Shown here one piece after another: positions 55,358 to 64,000 of a DNA stretch of 64,000 nt. Numbering within the stretch: the stretch's first letter is position 1; each line of letters starts with the position of its first letter. The DNA comes from Eledone cirrhosa (taxonomy: Eukaryota), in the NCBI GenBank assembly GCA_964016885.1, contig OZ024741.1, positions 348,192,001 through 348,256,000 of the forward strand, written 5' to 3'. The position numbers and the translations under genes are program-made. The notes beneath the pieces are model-generated. The model saw nothing but the letters and a program-made list of their open reading frames with translations. It did no database searches and was not told the origin of the DNA.

Positions 55358-56649
55358 AGTGTGAGAGCGTATGTGTGTATGTACAAATATGTATATATAT
55401 ATATATTGATAAATATTTAGTAAGAAATATATATATGTAGATGCGTGTAAGTAAGATTGATGTTGTGTGTGCATTTTTTAATGTATCACTTTTTAATGCA
55501 TTAACGTTTGTAATTGACACAATAATTAAAAGACATTTCTGATGCCATTGCTGTTATATGATATTTTCTATCACCTCTGACATATTAGACATGCGACACC
55601 GCTTTTGTCTCACTTTGTTTTCGTATTTCTTAACTAGCATGTACATATTTTGCCATTTCTGTAAAATTATACGATCGATCTCCTTTATTAAATTAAATGA
55701 AATAAGAAGTAATATATGCTTTTGTTTCCCGAGTTTCCTCGAACATGTTGCAGCTTTAAGGGAATTTTTTTAATATTACATCTTAGTTATAGGCGTATTG
55801 AAATTGCTTGCGTTCTTCTTTGGTAATATGGCATTTCAGCAACATGACCAATTATTTGAGATTTTCTTTTCCATAACCAAAATGAATATCAACTGAGAAG
55901 TATTCTCAGACTATAAAAGTAGTTTGTCGTGTTGAGATTTGAGTTCCAAATTAAACGTATTACATATATTTATTTCGTTATTTTTAATCAGGACATACAA
56001 ATTCATTGATGTCGAATACAATTTTGAATTTTCCGATCTTGTCGAAGTAGTATGTAGAGTATTATAAATATGCTAATTCACAGTACTATACATTTTTCAG
56101 CATAAATATATCGCCTATGACACGGAAAAAAATTCAGTTTCTTATGGCAAATGTTGTGGAAATCAGTAGGTGCCTCATTTCGGACAATGAATTACCACAC
56201 TTAACTAATCAAAGAGAGAATCTACATGTTTGTATGTTCTGCTAGAAATATATGCTAACTCTCTCCCCAATAAAAAATGACACAATCGAAAGTAAACGGT
56301 TAGTGGAGTTCGTGATTAAACATTATTTGTACTAGTAAGAAAAACAGAAATCATATTTCGAGAAAGTTTCTTTCAGAAAGAACATCAATGTATTATGGTG
56401 CTCTATATTCTCTGGAATGGTCTTAGCTGGAGCATTTTAATAGACGAACAGTAGGCTCTAAACCTCAATTTCATATTTTCAACATGAACATATGCGGTTT
56501 TCTGAAAATCGTGTTCTTTTAAAGTAGACAATTACTTTCTGTATAAATTTCGTTCGAGTGGGATCCAGGTAAAACAATATATTAAGAGCATTGAACCATT
56601 CTTCTCCCCGAGCAATGGATTGTATGGATATGCACATTTGATTCAATAA

Positions 56650-57411
56650 GATTTTAAATGTAGAAATGTTGGAAGATTAATGCATCGCAGGTACTGCTAA
56701 TTGCCAACAATTGTAATGTCATTGAAATACATTTGAAAAATGTAATGTCTTTTTTATAGATATATATATGAACACAAATAATCTTGGTAGTTTTGCAGGT
56801 GATGAATTCTATGCTAGTCTTTATACTGCCTTGTAGCTGTGTTCATTGGGGGTGATCATTAAACTCGTCATGGAGGTTATCAAATCTAATACGTTATTCA
56901 ATGTTTCCTTTTGACTACGATATATATTGCTGCCAAATTGGCTGGGGAAATCAAATAATTGGTTGCGGTCCTGGTGATGAGGGAATGGACTTTGATGTCA
57001 TTTGGACCGATAATCAAGATTGAGTAATCCCTTATCGGATAGTAAAATATTAAGCTAATAAATGTTATCGCATTTCCATAATTGTTAATAAAGCTTGAAA
57101 TATATAGAAAATCTATGGAACAAATTCTAAATATTTTTGATGAAACCATGTATAAACAACACTGGAAATAGAGCATTGAAAAATAAATAGAAATGTTATT
57201 TCATGTCTTTAAATATCAGGATTAACACAACAAACATTACTCCGATGACAAACAGAAAGAACTAACTTTTTATCAATGAATATGATATAATACAAACAGA
57301 TAAAATTGCAGGGATTTATTTAACGTTCTGGTTTGTTTAGTTTTATATTAGTTTAGAGTATGACAGCTTTTTTTTATGCTGTGCATATATGTTTATTCCG
57401 AATATATATGT

Positions 57412-57477
<66 letters not shown>

Positions 57478-57610
57478 ACATATATATATGTGGGGAGGGA
57501 GGTTGTATGTATGTATGTGTATTCACACATACACATATATATATGTACAGCAAATAAATATTGCTTGAGTATGTAAGCGTTCTTTGGTTTCTTTTATATA
57601 TATATATATT

Positions 57611-57692
<82 letters not shown>

Positions 57693-60600
57693 TACATATA
57701 TATATATATATGTGTGTATATATATATACATACATACATATATATATTTATATATATATATGAATATGCATATGTGTATCACATAAATGTAGATTCATTG
57801 TTTGATAGTGTGCGTATATACAACTATATTCAAACGTTCATATTGAATTTGCTTGCCTCGACACAATGTCTTAAGGTGTGTACGTAAATTTTCATTTTTT
57901 AGATATATGAAGATACGTTTATTGGGATTCCTATGTACGTCCATGTACATATTTGTATACTTGTATTTATATCTCTATTTTTGAGAATATCAGTTGGATT
58001 TTAGATCAGGACGTAGGTATATATGTATCAATGTACGGACATATGTCAGGAATATTTATACAAACCAATGAATTTGCATAAACATCCTTAAATACAAAAC
58101 GTGTAGATTTCTTTCATACATATCTTAAATTCCACACACTTCCACGTGCACGCTAATACACATATGCACACACATTCACACACACACACACAAATAACAA
58201 CCCCATATATATATATATAATGCTGTTATAAATCAATGTCACCTTAAAATTTTGGTTTCAGCGAGATGACGGGGAGTGAGCTATAATTTTGTGATAGGCG
58301 ATCATCGTATAAGGCTTGTTAGAAGCTTGTACTCAAGCTTCAAATTCATCTGTATATATATATGTGTGTGCGTATTGAACAATGAAAATAAAAGAATAGT
58401 TCTAGATAGTTTGATAATTAGTTCATTATTTTACGTCCGTTTAAGAGTGTTTATTGATCGCTACATTTTACCTCTGAGTTCACCTTAAATTTAAAATATA
58501 TGAATATGTATGTAGACTACATCTTGTTATTTCAATCCATAAAAACGATGGACATAATCTATTTTGTTGTATTCACTATTGCTTACTTATAATTATATAC
58601 ATTATTTAAGATGGATCACTACCCATTCTTGATTATTTCATTTCTCTGCCGGTGTGAAATAACTGCAGGAATGCACCAAGAAACCACAAAGCCAGATAGG
58701 AAACATTTGACTGATATTAAACTAGGAATTTGATTCTATGTAAAACAATTGAGAGAATCCCGAGAAATTGGCATACCAAATGGAAAGCAGTTGCAGGTCA
58801 TAGCGGATGCGATGAGTATTTAACGATCGTTGATGAGCGCTCAGACTGACAGTTAAAAACAAATATTGAGCAATAATAACACACCCATAAAAGCCGACTT
58901 ACAGGAGGCGACAAGGAGAAGTATCGCAACGAATGCGTTAGAGGTAAGAATGACCTACAAGTATTACTTCGTCCTAAAACAGGGCGTTTGTTTTTTTTAA
59001 AGCTAGGACACGTACCCTAAAACCTCTCTGAATCGAAGCTCTTAACCGTCCGTGGTTGGTAGAGGTGTGATGTAGAAATAAATTCGCCAATCTAGACATT
59101 GATTAATTAAGCTGGAGACATTCAGCTTAGTTCGCAGTAAATCTGTGTGGCCTTTCAGTAGCATTTTCCTCGACTGGCATGTGGGATGTCTGATACGGTG
59201 ACGGATTATAATGCCAACGTAATCTTTTTTGCCATGGGTGTCAGGAGAAGAAGCTCATGCAGGGACAGATCGATGCCCCACGTGAATATATGTTTGGGTT
59301 TTTTTCTTATTAGCATTACAATATCAGATATATTAAATGAAAATTTGCGAGATATCTAATTCATCTGGCAACAGAACGCGAAAAGTATTTTCCGTGAGTT
59401 TGGAAGCGGAACATTTTATGAGAAAGGGTAGCAATATGAAGAACACGATTGATAAGTTCCTGCTCTTAACACAGCTGAATAGAATGTTTAAGATTATGTC
59501 AAATACGCTATCAACCAGCATGGCTCTTCTCGGCAGTAGTTTGTTCGGTGAATCACGGAAATCCGGGAAATCGAAAATTCACGACAAACTTCATTATAAA
59601 TATTTGTTTCTACTTTTGGTACAAGGCCAGCAATTATCCCAGTACATTACTGGTACTTTATTTTATCGACCCCGTAAGGATGAAAGGCAAAGTTAACCTC
59701 GGCGGGATTTGAACTCAGAATGGCAAGGGCCGTAACTCTATGCTGCAATTCATGGCGTCCGACCCTCTACCGATACTGCCAATCCACAATGGCGTTGATC
59801 GATATTTTCGTCATTGATATGCCAAAAGAAACAGAATATTTCAAAATATTCAATTCTGAATTGATTACAAGTACGTATAATAATAATTGAATTTGAAGTT
59901 ATTATGTTTGTCGACACTCTGAATAGTATAGAGAAAGTACCGTTTATAGTTGTGCAATTCATATTTATAGAAAGAGTTGCTGTACACTAATCTATATTGT
60001 TAGGATATGTAGACGTTCAATTGTGTTTTAATTAAATCTTGGTAAATTCTGACAATGTTTGTAACTACTGACGTCTCACTTATTTCTCGGTAAATGTCAT
60101 TGAAACCAAAAACTGTATTTCAGAATGTATGTTTATCCTTCTTAATGAATTAAGTTAACATTTTTGTTCTCAGTTCACATAGTTACTTGGAAAATATTTT
60201 AAATCAGAATTCGAATGCCTCTCATTTTTATGGATGAGGAACCTTAGTCTGACGTTTCACTACTTCACCAAAATAAGAGTGCTTCCGTTGGAACTCTATC
60301 GGTAATTTGTTCAAAATGGCTACAACATTTATCAAGACACTTGACATATATAACAGAATAGGTTTCAAGCTGATATTCACAACTTTCCTGAATCTATGTG
60401 CTTCACAATACATAAAAGTTAAAACCGATCTTAATTTAAGATTATTCGTATGCGATAAATTAATATGCATTAAATTCGATTCGCTAGAGGCATCCTTTAT
60501 AGTTTTCTCTTTTTGAGAGTCCATAGAAATTGCAAGTTTTACATTCAAAGTTCATTAAGTAATCACATTCTTTGTTCCTTCATCCTTTTTAGAGTAGGTG

Positions 60601-61150
60601 ACTGAATATTAGAATGACTCGATTCTCAGAAATAAAAATAAGTATATTTCGTCAAAATATAAGAAGTAAACACTGAAAAATTATCTGATTAAGTAATATA
60701 CCTTTCAGTATAATGAATTACAACATTCAGAATTCAAATCAGTTACCAGCCGAAAGCAATTCAAATATCATCTACCATGATTCTGAAAATGATATTCATA
60801 TAGTAATAAAAGAAGCGGATAAGTGAAGTGCTTTAATCATTAGGGGCTTTGAATTTTATGAATGTAATGTACTAAATCTACGATAAGATGCTCAATGTTA
60901 TAAATTGATAAACAATTGTCCTTAATTATCCCCCAAGTATTAATGATTATAATGTTACCAGATTGTAAATCCATACAAAAAAATATACGTATTGTAATTA
61001 GCACATATATATGACTAATTTATTAGGAATCTCCATGCATATTTTAACAGGAAATGATTTACACTTCAAAACCGACATCATCATCGCGCAACTGATATAA
61101 ATGATCAGTGAGGCTTTCGTAATCAATTTTATCCACACTTTCGGAAGACT
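56650..61150 (-). pseudogene. Fragmented large DNA-transposon ORF, probably Academ-like, interrupted by microsatellites and a SINE
   Basis: KTIKDASSESNLMHI..LRSVLT..SSVLINVVAILNKL (60228-60548); IPSSP..QPIWQQ and SIEFITCKT (56790-56990) resemble the LPPT..YQxxIW motif and Cys-rich C-terminus. Confidence 0.4.
59602..59787 (-). mobile_element. Near full-length tRNA-derived SINE (Nin/Deu-like core, octopod type)
   Basis: Box A tggcagtatcgg, box B gagttcaaatcc, core gcctttcatccttacggggtcgataaaataaagtacc. Confidence 0.88.
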
Positions 61151-61200
61151 AACGTGGGCCATCTTTGACTTATCGTATCAGAACGCTGGAAAATATAAAC

Positions 61201-61386
61201 AATTGTTTCTACTTCTGGGACAAGGCCAGCAAATACCCAGTGAATTATTGGTACTTTATTTTATCGACCCCGTAAGGATGAAAGGCAAAGTTAACCGCGG
61301 TGGGATTTGAACTCAGAATGGCAAGGGCCGTAACTCTATGCGTCAAAGCATGGCGTCCGACCCTCTTCCGATACTGACAATCCACC
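61201..61386 (-). mobile_element. tRNA-derived SINE
   Basis: Close match to 59602-59787. Confidence 0.88.
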
Positions 61387-62719
61387 AATAATATCATCTC
61401 GTTCAGTACTCAAATAATTCCTACAATTCTCTGCTTTGGACTAAATTCACCAAAAGTGGGATTTGAATTTAGAAATCAGGTAGCCGGAAAACTGAGGCCT
61501 GATGTTTTATCCAAAGCTGTACGAATCCTTCAGGTCGGTGCCATTGTATTTTTTCGGTATTATTTGCTCATGAGATTCCTTCAAGCTACATAGTTTTGAA
61601 ACGGAATGATATATTAAACTCAATTCTCACTGTTGATGTATGTAAAACCAATTACTCATTTAGCATTTCAGGAAATTAGAAAGTAGTACGTGGTTGCAAT
61701 TATCACGATTCTTAATCCTCTACCTAATAATTTGATATCAGCACTGGTCACATAGATTAATTATAAATATTGTTACTTATATCCGTAATACAGATTTTAT
61801 ATAAACTAACTAGGAATCATACTAATGGTCGCACACACACTTCTAGATGAAGTATTATAATCTTAATCAAACCGACTCTGGACTCTTATTCTTCGCATAT
61901 CATGGTATTCTCCATGTTTACTTTATGTCTCATAAATCTAAAGACTGATCTTGGTATCACAACTCTGTGTCACTCTATTATTATTACAGTTAATTATGTA
62001 ACATTTTGTTTTTTTCAGCAAACTTCGGAATCTGTCTAATCGCCGTCCACACAGTATTATCTCTCCGCCGTGTTGTTTCATCTATTCCGTATAGCGAATT
62101 CTAATTTTATAGACAACAGTAAGATATGTAAAAGGTAGGTCAGAGTTTAATACAATCGGTGAATTTCCGATAACAGTAGATTTACAATATCACAGAGCAT
62201 ATATAAAATGAATAAAATTAACCAGGATTAAATAACATTAAATTGTTTTATTTATTTACAAACGTTTCTATCAACACAGTAAGAAAATAAATTTTTCATC
62301 AGTATTTGTTTCTTCAATGTCTATTAAACAACATAAATACAATAAATATTTACCAAACAGATATCTGGACACCTCCATTGCGAAACCGTATGCAGATTAA
62401 TATGCAGTTAGGAAAACGTTAAACATTTGTGAAAGACTAAACACGAAATTTATTGGTAATAAACATATAACGTGCACTGACGAAAAATTACTTAGTTTAA
62501 CATTTACACTCTAAAAAAGGATTTTATTCAGTACTCTATCAGATGGATATTATTAATTCATTAAAGCCGTATAGGAGCGGTGGGATTAGATGTGATCTGC
62601 ACTAGAAATAATAAATTCTGAAATTAGTCGTCTCCACTCTAGAAATAAGATAGTCCCTTTTTGTCTTCATAGCCAATTTCACTCTTTTTAAAATAAAAAC
62701 CTGTTTACGTTCTATTTTT

Positions 62720-63612
62720 CCTCTTCACGCACAGAATAGTCCTCACATGCATCCTATATATTTCGAGAGGGCGGCCCTTTATTACAACTATGACCTAAGC
62801 AATTGTGGCTTCGAGAAAATATTTTACTCTCCAGACCATCGCCGTATATCTAGCAAAATAAAATCCAGGCAGAAAGCCATCGTGTGTTTTGTGTCTCCAT
62901 TCGCGCTCAATGTAATTACGAAATTCACATTACATTCAGATCTACATTTCTTGTAAGCCATAAATAATGACAAATATTTATACGACGCACAGACAAAATA
63001 GGCTATTCGTGTACCAAAAACATGAAATCACACACCACCAGCAAATGTAAAAGCCACCAATCTTACGGATGTTCATGCAGAGAGTCAGAACTACGCACAC
63101 TAGATCAAAATCAATACTCCAGTGGGGTTATATGAAGCAGAATTCACCTCCACCAAATAGAACCATCTCACAGAAGCGTGTCCGAGAGCTGGTTCAAAAG
63201 TCTTTTCCAGAACCATGAAACGACCATCAGATATCCAGACAAAAAGAAATATACCAGTTTGCTTGCAAACCAGTGGTGGAACCCCAAAGTGATCGGCACA
63301 GCATTCTCTATTAAATGGAGGACACTGAAAAGATCAGGCCCCAACTTTTATGGGGCGAAATTTTGTTAGCCTTTTGATCCGAAACGTGGAATATACTCTC
63401 AGAATGCTGCTTAAATACGAGCCTTCAATGTTGTCCCCAAATTTGTTCTAGTAAAGTGTCTAAACCAGATTAATATTTTCGACTTTTCAAATTTAACCTT
63501 GTCCCTTTGTAAGACACGAGTTACTTACCTTCATTTTGATAGAGTTAGCTCCCTTTCCGTTTATATAATTTAAGGTTCTTGTCTAATTAATGGATAATTT
63601 CCGGACCACTTG
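62720..63612 (+). pseudogene. Decayed Tc1/mariner transposase catalytic region and possible right end
   Basis: Frameshifted KSRQKAIVC.., AINNDKYL, MFMQ..TTHT, KVIG resemble the QxPxSxMVW, INxxxY, FQQDxAPxHT and KRLxAVI blocks. Confidence 0.45.
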
Positions 63613-63742
63613 CCTTTGGAACTCTCCTTATACTTTCAAAAACCTACTCGGTTGGACGCCAATGTTATTATGACAAGCTAAATGATTTGGGATAAATATC
63701 TCAACGAAATATAAGTACCAGTATATGTCACTGTTTTTACTG

Positions 63743-63790
<48 letters not shown>

Positions 63791-63793
<3 letters not shown>

Positions 63794-64000
63794 CGTTTCT
63801 GAATTTGTCTAGCAAGATTCTTTATTTGAAAAGGTGTGTTGAAACCGATATTGTTATGCTTTGGGAGGGTCATGTTACCAATAATGAACTCCAACCAAAA
63901 TTAAATAGAAAACATGAATGGAATAGCAACATCACAACTTACAATTAAGGACAAAATGAAAACACACACACATACATAGAACAATCAACCAACTAGTAAC
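63791..64000. mobile_element. PLE family A: inverted tail (63791-63883) joined to the + strand 3' end, running off the window
   Basis: Matches 18884-18975 and 22301-22420 (NELQPKLNRKHEWNS). Confidence 0.9.

Noticed and set aside
58905-58943. 39-nt candidate micro-exon (acag|..|gtaaga)
   Set aside because: The polypyrimidine tract is weak and it lies beside decayed LINE-like sequence; unsupported without RNA data
59740-59787. tRNA gene suggested by box A and box B
   Set aside because: The boxes belong to SINE heads and no cloverleaf can be formed
62019-62104. Candidate terminal exon after a strong acceptor (NFGICLIAVHTVLSLRRVVSSIPYSEF*)
   Set aside because: No recognisable homology or upstream exons; such signals arise by chance in AT-rich DNA

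Overview
This is AT-rich eukaryotic DNA saturated with (TA)n/(CA)n microsatellites. Its tRNA-derived SINE resembles the abundant octopod SINEs, so the source is probably a cephalopod. No intact host gene is recognisable, and almost every ORF in the supplied track is a microsatellite artefact. The window is dominated by Penelope-like elements (PLEs: reverse transcriptase plus C-terminal GIY-YIG endonuclease) from at least four coding families, all disrupted. Many short non-autonomous, often palindromic elements sit inside (TA)n tracts. Reading these by eye reveals about 27 type-I hammerhead ribozyme (HHR) motifs with an intact core, from about 12 unrelated families (manual count). They include a 310-bp tandem array carrying one HHR per unit on both strands (retrozyme-like, predicted to give 310-nt circular RNAs) and a circularly permuted ~420-bp family. 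Unusual HHR variants also occur: a U3-A8 core, a U.U pair at the base of stem II, and a 79-nt stem II. Also present are RTE and CRE-like LINE fragments, four SINEs, and decayed Tc1/mariner and probable Academ-like DNA transposons. All ribozyme calls are motif and base-pairing inferences; none has been tested. Clade names are tentative.
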